Source: an uncultured Nitrososphaerota archaeon (GTDB lineage Archaea > Thermoproteota > Nitrososphaeria > Nitrososphaerales > Nitrosopumilaceae). Taken from it: a stretch of DNA of 64,000 bases. A program made the position numbers and the translations under genes. The stretch spans positions 1,120,001-1,184,000 of the forward strand of contig OY969559.1 in the NCBI GenBank assembly GCA_963701075.1, written 5' to 3'. Shown piece by piece: positions 28,991-40,245 of this stretch. The notes beneath the pieces were generated by a model. That model had not been told where the DNA came from, made no database searches, and was given only the letters and a program-made list of their open reading frames with translations. Numbering within the stretch: position 1 is the stretch's first letter; each line of letters starts with the position of its first letter.

Positions 28991-29662
28991 TCAAATTTTT
29001 CTACTTTTTGTGAAGGCCAGAGCAAATTCCTCTATTGTTTTTTCCCAATTTTTGGCCTTGACTATGCCACTTGCCACCAAGATGCCATCTGCTCCAAGAT
29101 GAAGTGCTTTTGCCACATCATCTCCTGTGACAATACCTGCGCCGCAGAGTAGCCTAGTGGAATTTTTTGCATCTTTGACTGCCTTGACAGAATTTGTTAT
29201 GATCTCAGGTCTCTCCTTTGATACTGCTTTGCCACTTCCTATCAGCTCAGGTGGCTCTATTGCGATATAATCAGGATTTAATTTTGCATATTTTTTTGCT
29301 TCACTCACATTTTTTACACATATCACAGATGTCATCTTCAAACTCTTCAGCCTTGAAACTATCTGCTCAATGTCATTACCTGTAATCCTGTGCTCGCTGT
29401 GATTGATTAGAGAGCCACTGACTCTGGATTTTTTTAAAAGCTCTGGAACAATAAACCCTGTCGTACTACCAGCTTTTGATGTATCGACATGTTGCGAAAA
29501 TACTGTGACTGGAATCTTGGCCACTTCTGAGATTAGGTGCTGTGGAGGGCACACAATGATTTTGATTTTATATTTTTTGGCAATCTTTGACGCTGCCTTT
29601 GCCAATCGTAATGAATTGCCTGCTGCAACCTCTTCATAATTTTTAAAGTTAATTATGAACAA
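28991..29662 (-). CDS. tpiA: Triosephosphate isomerase (archaeal type)
   Basis: INFKNY, NHSEHR, IEPPELIGSG, CGAGI, LVASG. Confidence 0.96.
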   Translation of the reverse strand: MFIINFKNYEEVAAGNSLRLAKAASKIAKKYKIKIIVCPPQHLISEVAKIPVTVFSQHVDTSKAGSTTGFIVPELLKKSRVSGSLINHSEHRITGNDIEQIVSRLKSLKMTSVICVKNVSEAKKYAKLNPDYIAIEPPELIGSGKAVSKERPEIITNSVKAVKDAKNSTRLLCGAGIVTGDDVAKALHLGADGILVASGIVKAKNWEKTIEEFALAFTKSRKI

Positions 29663-29787
29663 TATGCTTTCAGCTAAATTTATTGTTGCCTCTATATCAA
29701 GAGTTCCTTGTATGAATGCTAGGGAACATTAAACATGATTTCATTTTTTGAAAATTCTTATAGGATGGAAGAAAGAAAAGAAACTTC

Positions 29788-30087
29788 ATGAGATCTGAGT
29801 CGTTTTTACTCTTGGAGCAACTTCAAGGTTTGGTGTCAAATGCTAAATCTTTGGGATATCATGATGACGATCTTGTAAAGTTAACTTTCAAAAAAATACT
29901 TGAAAGCGGTGATACTTACAGTATAGCAGAATTAGAAAATTGGTTTGTCAGTAAAGTAAACGGTGTTGACCGATCCGTAATTGACAGAGTACTCAATATA
30001 GCGCATTACCAGAAATCAAAATTTGAGGCAAACAACAAGTTTAGGATAGTATCAGATGACCATGACTGTGGTTGCGGCAGTCATTGA
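29788..30087 (+). CDS. Hypothetical protein
   Basis: 99-aa ORF with HDCGCGSH tail. Confidence 0.7.
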   Translation: MRSESFLLLEQLQGLVSNAKSLGYHDDDLVKLTFKKILESGDTYSIAELENWFVSKVNGVDRSVIDRVLNIAHYQKSKFEANNKFRIVSDDHDCGCGSH

Positions 30088-30255
30088 TTACTTCTTTATG
30101 CCAAGTGTTCTGTTCTTTAATCTCAGGTAAGGATTGTGGCACTTGCGACATCTTGTAGCTGACATTGAATTTTTGGCACCACATGAGAAGCAGACCTTAA
30201 AGTAAAGCCTTGCCTTTTGGGCAATCTGTTTTTTTAACGGATCTGTAATTGGCAT
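30088..30255 (-). CDS. rpl40e: 50S ribosomal protein L40e
   Basis: Manual translation MPITDPLKKQIAQKARLYFKVCFSCGAKNSMSATRCRKCHNPYLRLKNRTLGIKK. Confidence 0.93.
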   Translation of the reverse strand: MPITDPLKKQIAQKARLYFKVCFSCGAKNSMSATRCRKCHNPYLRLKNRTLGIKK

Positions 30256-30280
30256 TTCTCTTTTCTATCCTATTTGTCTG

Positions 30281-31202
30281 CTATTTGTTTCTACCCTTTT
30301 CCAACTTTCCTGCAAGTAACATTGGTACTTCGGCTGGTCTCTTGGCAACAGGTACGTTTGCCTTGGCATACATGGATACTTTAGATTCTGCTGAACCGTA
30401 GGTTCCATAAATTATAGACTCCTGCATGTCCCATCTTCTTCTCTTTTGGAGCTGCACGTCCTGCAATATATGCTACAACAGGCTTGTCAAACTTGGTATC
30501 AATAATGTGCTGAGCTAGCATCTCTTCTGCATCGCCGCCTATCTCTCCTACTACAACTACACCATCTATGTTGGCACCACTTCTAATTGTGTCAAATGCG
30601 TCTATCAGGGGGGATCCATTAATGGGGTCTCCACCTATTCCAAAACAGATGCTTTGACCAAAGTTCGCAAGCGAGAGATTGTTAGATACTTCATACATGA
30701 GAGTGCCACTTCGTGAAAGCACAGCTATTCTTCCAGGCTTGAATGGAGATGCTGGCATGATCCCAATCTTGATAATTCCAGGTATTATCACTCCTGGGGT
30801 ATTTGGTCCCACCACGATCGCATCATTCTTTTTTGATAACTCTACTACTTTCAACGCGTCTTTTATCGGCACATGCTCTGGAATTGCAATTAACAGCTTG
30901 ATTCCAGACTCTAGGGCTTCAACTGCGGCACTAAGGAAAAACTTTGCTGGAACAAAGATTATTGAAATTTTTGCACCGGTTGCACCAACTGCATCTTTCA
31001 TGTTCTCGTAAATTGGAACTCCTTCAAACTTTTGTCCGCCTTTTCCAGGTGTGACTCCTGCAACTATGTTGGTGCCATATGCCAGCATCTGCTGCGTGTG
31101 CAATGATCCGAACTTTCCAGTAATTCCCTGAACAATCACTGGCTTTTTCTTGTAGTCCTTGTCTCCTTCCTTACCAATTAATAAATCAAAAAGATCAGCC
31201 AT
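30281..31202 (-). CDS. sucD: Succinyl-CoA synthetase alpha subunit, extra base at 30418 (probable artefact)
   Basis: VQGITG, GVTPGKGG, GPNTPG, SRSGTL, MGHAG|AIIYGTYGSAESK after correction. Confidence 0.93.
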
Positions 31203-32307
31203 TTTTACTTACCTCGATTACTGCTGCATTTATTGCTTCTTCAATGGTATCGAACATCTTTGTTCTGGAGCCCTTCAACATCTCTTTTGATTTATCTGCC
31301 TCCGCACCTGACATTCTTGCAAAGACTGGCACATCGACCAGCTTTGTATCATATGCTTTGATAAAGGCAGTAGCAACGATTGTTGTTTTGACAATGCCTC
31401 CGTAAAGATTTACAAGTATGCCTTTGACTTTTTTCATCTTACTAATCAGAGTAAGTGCTTCGTATACTGTATCAGTTGTTGCTCCTCCGCCCACATCCAG
31501 AAAACATGCTGGCTTTCCTCCATTGTCTGATAGCATGTCCAATGTAGACATGACAAGACCTGCTCCATTGCCTACTACGGCAATGTTGCCATCAAGCTCA
31601 ACTAGTGAAAAGCCACTTTTTTCAGCACGCTCCTCAAGTTCTGAGACTTCTTGGAATTTGCGTAACTCATCATGTCTGAACATAGAGTTATCATCAATTA
31701 TCATTTTACCGTCTAGTGCAACAAGCAAATCGTCCTTTAACACTGCAAGAGGGTTGATTTCGGCCAACTCTGCTTCCTTTTCTATTGTAACTTTGGATAA
31801 TTTTTGAAGTATGTCAACAAATTGTGTAAGTGCCTTGTCCTTTAGCCCCATTTCTTTACCGATTTCTTCTGCAACTTTTGCATCAACATTTCCCAATCCT
31901 ACTTCGTGTATTATTTGGTTCTTGACAGACTCTATCTCTACACCGCCTTCTGACGAAGATATGACTGTGTAGCATCTCTTACTTCTATTCAAAAACAATG
32001 AAAGGTAAAGTTCTTTTTTGATATCTGCCATTTTTTCAAGTAAGATTGCCTTTGTTTTTTCGCCCTTGACTACTTTCTGCATGATCTCTGGATACTTTAA
32101 TTCAAACTCGTCTGCATTGTGGCACTTTTGAATAGCTCCTGCTTTTCCTCTGCCACCTACTGCCATCTGGGCCTTGATCACAAATGGAAACCCAAGTTTT
32201 TCAGCATCTTTTCTACCTTGTTCGATGGTAGTAGATGTTAATCCTTGAGGAATTGGTATTCCATAATCTGCAAATAATGACTTGGCCTGATATTCCAGCA
32301 AACGCAT
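31195..32307 (-). CDS. sucC: Succinyl-CoA synthetase beta subunit
   Basis: LLEYQAK, KAQ..GGRGKAG, EINPL, GNGAGL, FLDVGGG. Confidence 0.96.
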   Translation of the reverse strand: MRLLEYQAKSLFADYGIPIPQGLTSTTIEQGRKDAEKLGFPFVIKAQMAVGGRGKAGAIQKCHNADEFELKYPEIMQKVVKGEKTKAILLEKMADIKKELYLSLFLNRSKRCYTVISSSEGGVEIESVKNQIIHEVGLGNVDAKVAEEIGKEMGLKDKALTQFVDILQKLSKVTIEKEAELAEINPLAVLKDDLLVALDGKMIIDDNSMFRHDELRKFQEVSELEERAEKSGFSLVELDGNIAVVGNGAGLVMSTLDMLSDNGGKPACFLDVGGGATTDTVYEALTLISKMKKVKGILVNLYGGIVKTTIVATAFIKAYDTKLVDVPVFARMSGAEADKSKEMLKGSRTKMFDTIEEAINAAVIEVSKNG

Positions 32308-32600
32308 GGAAAGATTTCATTTTTATGGTCTTTATAATCTGTATGTAAAGTCCTATCGATATTGTACACTGCAAATCCAATAATGTCGTATTCTGTCTCT
32401 TATGTTGATTCTGTTTTTGATAATCATTCTTTAGTTTCTTGATATTGTTTGGTATTGTAAAATATTTAGTTGACCGTCTTTTTGAGTTGGGGTTATTGTT
32501 TGTGTCTTGGGAGCGCTGCATCCATATCTATCGTAGTATATCATAAGACTGGGGTTTTATGATAAGGAGAGTTAAAAATATCATAATTTGATTTAGTGAT

Positions 32601-32663
32601 GTTTTGGAGTAAAAGACCAGGCAAGAGGGTGTCCTAACGGGCACTCGGTTCATACTCCAAAAC
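32601..32663. ncRNA. Candidate small structured RNA / inverted-repeat element
   Basis: 11-bp perfect IR GTTTTGGAGTA...TACTCCAAAAC enclosing hairpin GTGTCC-taac-GGGCAC. Confidence 0.35.
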
Positions 32664-32846
32664 GCTTACAATTCTTGGTTTTATGAGCCTTTAAAAATGA
32701 AATAAACATACTTGTGTGATTAGATTTTATTGTTTTTTACAATTTTATGGACCTTTTACAACATTTCTATAGTTTATCTCGTGCTCAATTCTAATAATCT
32801 AACACATTTGATATAAACCAAAAACCACATTGAATAGGTCCAATGT

Positions 32847-33215
32847 ATGAAAATACTGGAATTCTGTGATCTGGTACTTTCCGTGGATGGGAAAATTCGT
32901 TACGTTGGAGTGTATCATAACGAGAATGTATATCATAAATTACAAAAAAACGTGAAAAGCTATTTCACGGATGAAGAAAACATGATATCGGTAAAGACAG
33001 AGGTTGTAAGAGCATCGATGCGTAGATACATGGTAGAAAAATTAGGCGAACCCATCTTTTCAATGACCAAATATCCAAAGGTTACCATGGTAACTTTTCA
33101 CTGTATGATGACAAATCTCGTACTGATAAGTATTGAACCAAATGCAGATCCTAATGATATCGTAAACAAAGTATTGGGCATGATACAAACACATGGCGAG
33201 TCATTAGAACCCTAG
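32847..33215 (+). CDS. Thaumarchaeal roadblock/profilin-like hypothetical protein
   Basis: DGKIRYVGV...KLGEPIFSMTKYPKV...LVLISIEP pattern. Confidence 0.65.
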   Translation: MKILEFCDLVLSVDGKIRYVGVYHNENVYHKLQKNVKSYFTDEENMISVKTEVVRASMRRYMVEKLGEPIFSMTKYPKVTMVTFHCMMTNLVLISIEPNADPNDIVNKVLGMIQTHGESLEP

Positions 33216-33394
33216 TGCCTCATGTGGCACTCATTTGCAATTATGGAAAACACCGAGTGTTTCACAATGAACGAACGCAATCTTTTCAATAGGTGGTACG
33301 TAATAGTACTGTAAGTTGCAGATTCTTACCAAGGCGGTCTGTTCTTGGTGGAAGTCCTTCCAGAGCAGACCCCTTTGTTATTGTGATCTTTGCA

Positions 33395-33724
33395 TCAACT
33401 AAATTGCTCTTCAAGCAAGTCTACGCAAGAAAGCAAGAGGTCCCTGCTTTTTTTCACAAGCCATCCTGGGAACTCTTCTATTGTGAAAACTAGCTGCTGC
33501 TGGAAACTTGGGGGTATGCTTCCCCCTGATGTTACTACTTGTACAATTACATAGTCTTCAGTCAATGTGCAAACCGTTTCCTGATACGACTCTCCTTCCT
33601 CTTCCATGCTGTTTCTATACAGTATGATGGGCGTCTTTGTCCTTGCCACATGAGATGATCCTTTCTTTAACAATACTTGAAAGTGGGACAAAAGCCAACC
33701 ATCGAGAGTTATTTGCTTGGGCAT
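33395..33724 (-). CDS. Hypothetical protein
   Basis: 109-aa ORF downstream of ileS. Confidence 0.72.
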   Translation of the reverse strand: MPKQITLDGWLLSHFQVLLKKGSSHVARTKTPIILYRNSMEEEGESYQETVCTLTEDYVIVQVVTSGGSIPPSFQQQLVFTIEEFPGWLVKKSRDLLLSCVDLLEEQFS

Positions 33725-33768
33725 GAGAATTAATCTCTGTTTAATTATTTAATTGGCTAGATAAAACC

Positions 33769-36700
33769 TTACTCTATTGAGATTTGGATCTTTTGACCAT
33801 CAAGATCTTCGTCTTTGTAACTTTTGGCCTTGTCTGAAAATTCTACTCTTTTCACCCTTACAAGAAAGGCAAGTTCTGATTGTTTTTCGTTGACCATTGT
33901 AAGGGAATCATCATCAAGACCTAGTATGTATGCCGCATCGAGAACATCAGTTGGATTGTATCCGCGTTCCTTTCTGAGTACCTGTAATCGCCTTGCTATG
34001 TCTCGAACCAGACCACGTGCCATCATTTCGCGATTTCGTGATGTGCTGATAAACACTATGAGAGAATCTCGTCTTGCCATTGCATGGCCTTCTTGCTCTG
34101 TAAAATCTATAACAAAATCGTCTTTATCTAGCTCAATTTTGGTACTGCCAAGATCAAAGCTTAAACGTTCCATTTTTCAATAATCCTTCTACAATTACTT
34201 TGGGGTCAGTCTCTGAAAACTTTGCTACTAGATTTCCCATGTCTTGTTTTGCTTTTGGCCCTATCTTCTTTCGCTCAAGTTCAACTTTGGGGGTTATGGG
34301 CAGTCCTGTCTTCATTAGGTTTGATACAAGCTCGAGCCCTTCAGATTTTGGCAATTCAACTATTTTGTATTTTTCTACATTGAGTTGTGATAAAAGCAAC
34401 TCTGACAAAGATTCAAGTTTTTGTTTCTGTAATGGCTCAACGCAAATGATTGCTTCATTTAATGGCCATCTTCGTTTTAATTTCCCTTTCATTCTTGCAG
34501 CGGCTGAAACAGATACAGCTTCTTTCATCAAGTCAAATGATTCTTCAGTTTTTTCACTGATTAGAGACTGCTGAGGTGCAGGAAAGTCCTCCAAGAGTAT
34601 GCTCTTTTTTTCAGAAAACATTGTGGTGTGTAGATACTGTGTCGTAAATGGGCAAATTGGATGAATCAGAACATCGATTGTTCTTAAAATCTCATACAGC
34701 GTTGCATAGATTGCAAGTCTTCTTTCTCTTAATGACTCATCTTCTGTCCACAATTCCTCTCTAGTGATTGGAATGTAAACTTGGCTTACAGAATTTATGA
34801 TAAAATCGTCTATTGCTCTTGCTGATTCATGGAACCTGCATCTTTCTTGAGACTCTATTACTGATGAAATCAACTTTTGAAGCTTTGATAATATCCAAAT
34901 CTCTGGCTCTTTTAGGAGATTCTTGTCTTTTGCCCATTGTACTGTGAAAGTCTTGTCATACTTGTCATACTCGCTATTTTGTTTCAGGTAGATGTGTAAG
35001 TGGTACAGCGTGCTGAGAATCTGATAGGGTCTTGAAACAAGCTCGTCTGTGCTAAAGTTGAGAGGCTCGATTGGGCTTGATTTCCACATGAAATACAGCC
35101 GAATCAAATCTACCGAGTACTTGTTTAACAGCTCTATTGCGTCTAGTACATTGCCTTGGCTCTTGCTCATCTTGTTGCCGTTTTTGTCAAGCACGTGTCC
35201 TTGAAAGAGAAACGATTTGAATGGGGCAACCGGCGCATCATTGAATATTACATTTTCAATTAATAGGGTATATGCCCATCCTCTTGTCTGGTCTATGCCC
35301 TCGGTAAGAAATGCGGCAGGGATGTACTCTTGATAATCGCTGTTGGTAAGTGATGCATATGGCGCAGCTCCACTGTTGTGCCACGTATCCAAAACAAACT
35401 GCTCTCTTTCCATCTTTGAATTACACTTGTCACAGTTTATCACCACCTTGTCTATCCATGGCCTATGCATCTCAAAATTTGGCCCATCTGGAAGCTCTGA
35501 TGCAGCCTTTGTTATGTCCTCTCTTGAGAAGAACCATTTTTGGTTACCGCACTTTTTGCAGTTCCAAAGAGGTAATGGGCATCCCCAGATGCGTTCCCGT
35601 GAGATGCACCAAGGATGACGGTCCTTAATGATTTCAACAAATCTGTTTCTTGGCGGCTCGAAAAAGTATTCTACGCTTTCTGCTGCCTTTACTGCCTTGT
35701 CTCCAAGCCTGTCAAGAAAATAAAAGAACCCTCTTCTTGCAAGCCAGAGTAGTTTGTGCTGTGATCTCCAGCACAATGGATATTGATGCTTTATCTTTCC
35801 AATTCGTACAAGAGCGTTTTTTTCCTTGATTGCGCTAACTATCTTGTCGTCTGCGTCTCTTACAAAAAGGCCTGCAAAGACTCCGGCATCTTTTGTAAAT
35901 TTTGCCTCGTCATTTATTGGGTTAAAAATCGGTATTTTTCTTTTTGTTGCAATCTCAAAGTCTTCCTCACCGTTTGCAGGAGACAAGTGAACAAGACCAC
36001 TTCCTGTTTGTACATCTACAAAACCCTCTGATACTACAATGTGAAAATTGGGAAGAGCGGAGCGTTCTCTGAGTCCTGGAATCTCATCTAAAAGAGGATG
36101 AATGTACTTTTTTCCTTCAAGGGTTGAACCCTTTACCTCCTTGATGATTGTGTGCTCCTCAACTCGAGCTTCCTTCATGAATTCTTCTAGGCGGCTTTTG
36201 CCTACCAGCCATACCTCGTCTCCTACTTTGACATGTACATAGTCTTCATCTGGGTTTACTCCGACCATTGTATCAGTAACAAGTGTAAACGGCATTGTGG
36301 TCCAAACAATAAGATAAAGATCCTCGTCTTGCATCTTCACTTTGTAATAGAGAGACGGGTCCTGAACTGTATCGTATCCTTGGTTTACTTCGGCATGACT
36401 TAGCGATGTCTGACAGCTTGGGCAGTATGCCACTACCTTGTAGGCTTCAGAAAGAATTCCATTCTCATGAGCTTTCTTTAGATATTTCCATTCTCGTTCA
36501 ATGTATTCATCTTTGTATGTCCAGTATGCATTTTTTTGGTTAAATGACATTCCCAATAATTTATCAGACTCTACCCATTTCTCGTTGAATCTGTGTACGA
36601 TTTTTTTGCATTCTAAAACAATTTTTTCTATTCCGGCAGATTCTATTACTTGAGACTTGCTTCCTGAGATGCCAAGTTCTTTTTCTGCCTGCAGCTCAAC

Positions 36701-36967
36701 TGGGAGACCCTGTGTGTCCCAGCCCGCATTAAAAATAATCTTGTAGCCCCGCAGAGTAGTGTACCTATACCACAAATCCTTCATTACTCGACCACGAAGA
36801 TGTCCTGCATGGGGTGTTCCATTCATGGTGGGAGGGCCTTCTATGAAGACAGTCTTTTTTGTTTTATTTGAAGACTCGAAAATTAATTTCTCTAAATCGA
36901 TACCTGATAATTGTTGTTTTACTTCATCTTCTATCTTCTTTGGATTAAACTCACTTGAAATCTGCAT
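33769..36967 (-). CDS. ileS: Isoleucine--tRNA ligase, extra base at 34162 (probable artefact)
   Basis: EGPP, HAGH, GWDTQGLP, WCISR, EGIDQTRGW, KMSKS; removing one base joins the two ORFs (GTFSFDLG). Confidence 0.94.
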
Positions 36968-37078
36968 GATAATGGCTATAATTTTACTGATTTTATAAAG
37001 GTACGATAGAACTTGCTTGAACTGTACCATTAAAAAAGTAAATGTTGCTAAAAGATGCTTTCATTGGCCAGTTGTGTG

Positions 37079-37477
37079 CTATGCCCAGATTCTGACTGTG
37101 CCTTTTTTGCATTTCTCGTAAAGTCCAACCTTGTACAGTTTTTTCTCTAGCTCCTTTTTGAGCTCCTTTGGAACCGCTATGTGAAGAGGGATTTCCTTGC
37201 CGTTCATCTCTCTGCCTGTAAATGCCTTTAACTGTGCATTTATGTTCGGATCTCCTTTGATGCTTGTCTTGACTTCGCCTAGATGTCGTAACGCGCCCTT
37301 CATTCCTTCCAAATCCGGGACATGTCCGTCTCTTTCTTTTGGCTTTGGAAGCTTTCTGTATTTTTCATCAAAGTACTCTGGCATCTCTGCCATGTCAATG
37401 TGTGTTATTGTAATTCCTTGGGATTCCAATGTGGTTGCAAGCGAGTTTAGCATTTTTTGGTGCTCCGCAGACGTCAT
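37079..37477 (-). CDS. Hypothetical protein (PD-(D/E)xK-like signature)
   Basis: HVPDLEG...LGEVKT. Confidence 0.6.
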   Translation of the reverse strand: MTSAEHQKMLNSLATTLESQGITITHIDMAEMPEYFDEKYRKLPKPKERDGHVPDLEGMKGALRHLGEVKTSIKGDPNINAQLKAFTGREMNGKEIPLHIAVPKELKKELEKKLYKVGLYEKCKKGTVRIWA

Positions 37478-37680
37478 GCTAGTAATATCTGAAGATGATT
37501 AAATTTAGGTATTGTTTGCTTTTGGCTCTTGCAAAGGTTTTGGTTCTAAATACGAATGCATCCTTCATTATTGCCAAGCCAAAATCAGGAAGGGGGAAAG
37601 TCCAACGTCTTTCCCCGCGTTTTCTATGCGGCTCTAAAGATGAGCCCTGTGTAGCCTATCCAAACGTCTTGGAAGATTGT

Positions 37681-37962
37681 CTACCAGTTCCACATGGGAT
37701 TGACTCTAAAGATGAGTGCTACGTAGCCTATCACAACGCCTGCACAGATCAAACCTGCTGATTCGTAGAACGCAGCGGGGTTGTTTCCACCGCCGTATCC
37801 GCCAGCTTCTGGGTTGATGACAAAGATGGTCACAAATATACACGCCAACATTATCGCAACTGCTATTGGAATGTATCCGTCATGGCGTTTTGTTTGTTGG
37901 AATTTACTAGGTGCATCGCTTGTTGACATCGCCTTAGATACGTTGTACATAAATATAGGCAT
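37681..37962 (-). CDS. Small two-TM membrane protein (start uncertain)
   Basis: Two hydrophobic helices separated by a Gly-rich loop. Confidence 0.6.
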   Translation of the reverse strand: MPIFMYNVSKAMSTSDAPSKFQQTKRHDGYIPIAVAIMLACIFVTIFVINPEAGGYGGGNNPAAFYESAGLICAGVVIGYVALIFRVNPMWNW

Positions 37963-38027
37963 ATACCGAATTTTTAATACAAATGTACAGAAAAACGCTT
38001 AATTATTGAACAAACGTGCATAATTGC

Positions 38028-38474
38028 ATGGCAGTTGACGATCTGGATAAACGCATACTGGAAGAATTATTGAAGAACTCAAAGCGTTCCTATCGCCAAC
38101 TGGCAGACGAGCTGGAAATTGCGCCCGGAACTGTTCTTAAGAGAATAAAGGACCTAGAGTCAAAAGGAATAATCAAGGGCTATTCGATAATTGTGGATCA
38201 AGGAAAACTAGGCTCTCCAATTATTGCTTTGATTGAGATAATTTCATCAGGAGGCAAATTGGAAGAGATGGGAAAAAAACTCTCAAAGCTTCCAAACCTA
38301 TACGGTATCTACGAAACTACTGGCTCCCCTGACGCAATTATAATTGGAAAATTCAGGGACACTGATGAGCTTGGCAAGTTTGCAAGACATCTCTTAGGTC
38401 TTCCATCTGTTAGCAGAACAAATACTCATGTAGTACTGAACACTGTCAAAGAAGACTTTAGAATTTTGATATAA
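38028..38474 (+). CDS. Lrp/AsnC family transcription regulator
   Basis: DDLDKRILEEL...SYRQLA...RIKDLESKGIIKGY...TNTHVVL. Confidence 0.93.
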   Translation: MAVDDLDKRILEELLKNSKRSYRQLADELEIAPGTVLKRIKDLESKGIIKGYSIIVDQGKLGSPIIALIEIISSGGKLEEMGKKLSKLPNLYGIYETTGSPDAIIIGKFRDTDELGKFARHLLGLPSVSRTNTHVVLNTVKEDFRILI

Positions 38475-38513
38475 ATATAATAGATGAATTATTTCTAAAA
38501 TAAAAAACTTGTA

Positions 38514-39686
38514 CTAGGTCAATGCTATTTTGGAATCAACCTTGATGTGTATCTTCTCGCCAGTGTGCTGATGATCATTGTAAATCATTTTGGTTTTAAT
38601 TCCTTTTTTGTTCAGGTATCCTTCAAGCAAAAGTGCCCAGGGAATCGAATGACCGCTGTTCATCTTTGATTCTATTACAAAGTGATTGCCCTGTGACTCA
38701 TATCTGAGATGGCCTGAACATGTGATATCTAGGGTAGAGTCAACCAGGGAAATTATCTCGTCAAGTGTCTTTGATTGTAGGTCTAACCCGTTTTTCTCCA
38801 AGAATACTATGATGTCTATCCCTTTGCCTTTTGAGTTTAGCATTGAATTTAGGACAAATCCCAGGCCATTTTCATTTATCAATTGTACTACCTTGAGGGT
38901 CTCTTGCGCATCTGACTTTGTCATGTCTGATAAATTGTTAACCCTCATCCCGCTCTTCCAAGTCTGTTCAAAAGTCTTGACCTGGTTTGTGCCAAGCACA
39001 TCCGTGGATAGAAATATCGCACCCTTGCCGTTGCTGCTGTTAATCATAAGAATCTCGGAATCATCAAAAGTAATCATGTTTTGAGAAACCTCTGCAGTTT
39101 TGAGCCTTATTTCTGCTGGCAAGTTGTGACAAGCCTCTGTTCCTACCAAGTTTGACGGAATTATTATCTTGATATCAATATTTCTTCTCAGAGCTACCAA
39201 GAGCTCTTCTTTGCACTGCGAGATAAGGTTGAGTCCCCACGAATCAATTATTGCATGAACTGATGTCTTGGAACCATCTATCATTGACTGGAATTGTTTG
39301 AATACATAGTTCTGAGTAAGGTGAAAATATCTTTTCTCTTCTGAGCCTCTTGCCTTTTTGCTATCCTCGCTGAGCCGCTTTAGTTTGGTGGTCAGGCTGT
39401 TCATTGCATTTACGCGGTTTATCTGATCTTGTATGATTTCATCAAATGCATCTTCTGGAGCAATGGCAGTGCACATTATTGGTTTGCTTTTTGATATTAT
39501 CGCAATCTTCTTTTTTTCAAGTTTTAGTAGCGTTGGATACACCTTGGTTCTGGGCAAGTCGGAATAATATGCAAGCTCGCTTGCAGATATCGTGCCTTTT
39601 GTAATCAGTGTGACATAGGCTTGGGCTTCGTATTTGCTCAGACCAAATTCTTCCAAGCTTACTGCTAAATCTTGCCCCTTTACCAT
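38514..39686 (-). CDS. TrmB family transcription regulator
   Basis: LEEFGLSKYEAQAYVTL...PRTKVYPTLLKLEKK. Confidence 0.9.
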   Translation of the reverse strand: MVKGQDLAVSLEEFGLSKYEAQAYVTLITKGTISASELAYYSDLPRTKVYPTLLKLEKKKIAIISKSKPIMCTAIAPEDAFDEIIQDQINRVNAMNSLTTKLKRLSEDSKKARGSEEKRYFHLTQNYVFKQFQSMIDGSKTSVHAIIDSWGLNLISQCKEELLVALRRNIDIKIIIPSNLVGTEACHNLPAEIRLKTAEVSQNMITFDDSEILMINSSNGKGAIFLSTDVLGTNQVKTFEQTWKSGMRVNNLSDMTKSDAQETLKVVQLINENGLGFVLNSMLNSKGKGIDIIVFLEKNGLDLQSKTLDEIISLVDSTLDITCSGHLRYESQGNHFVIESKMNSGHSIPWALLLEGYLNKKGIKTKMIYNDHQHTGEKIHIKVDSKIALT

Positions 39687-39959
39687 GGCAGAAATTATTT
39701 ATTTGTAAGGTAAGCTTAATCAGCTAAATTCATTGAACAAAGGCTAGAAAAAATACTAAGCTGGAACTGTTATCTTTAGATTACCAGCAAATTTTTTATT
39801 AAATAATAGGTTTTACCAAATACTCGATGATTGCATATACGTTACACCAAATCATGGTAATGATAACATAACCTGAGCCTTTTTTACTGTCATCTCATCT
39901 TTCAATTTAGAACTTGATCACCACAGAACAATACGGGAGTCAAATGAATGCAAACAAAA

Positions 39960-40245
39960 TAAGCACCAGCAAGACCTGTCCGGTAGGCGGAGATAACTCT
40001 AAGGGGGCAGGCTATGACATCTATGAATCGTGGTGCAGTAAGCACGCCTTTTCGGCTGTGCGGTGTGGGCTAGGTTTACCCATACTGGAGGGCTTTCAGA
40101 GGAAGTGATGATAAGGAACATGGATAACATACAGCCACTAATCCTTGGAGTAGATGAAAGCAAGTTTACTTGTCAACCTACAAGTGGACAGAACCCTAAG
40201 CTGTATCTGAAGACTGTGTTACTGTGGTGACACAAGTTACCGTAA
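39960..40245 (+). ncRNA. Candidate structured non-coding RNA or leader (strand inferred from G-U pairs)
   Basis: At least 6 stems in a GC-enriched intergenic tract; box C-like GTGATGA 40105-40111 and box D CTGA 40207-40210. Confidence 0.4.

Noticed and set aside
32213-32521. 102-aa minus-strand ORF
   Set aside because: Low-complexity N/K/Q sequence overlapping the sucC start and promoter out of frame
37581-37620. RNase P RNA suggested by GGGGAAAGTCC
   Set aside because: No matching 3' P4 strand or room for the full RNA; the motif forms a local hairpin
39914-40108. 64-aa ORF in the trmB-cdvB spacer
   Set aside because: No recognisable motifs; the region is better explained by RNA stems, though coding cannot be excluded
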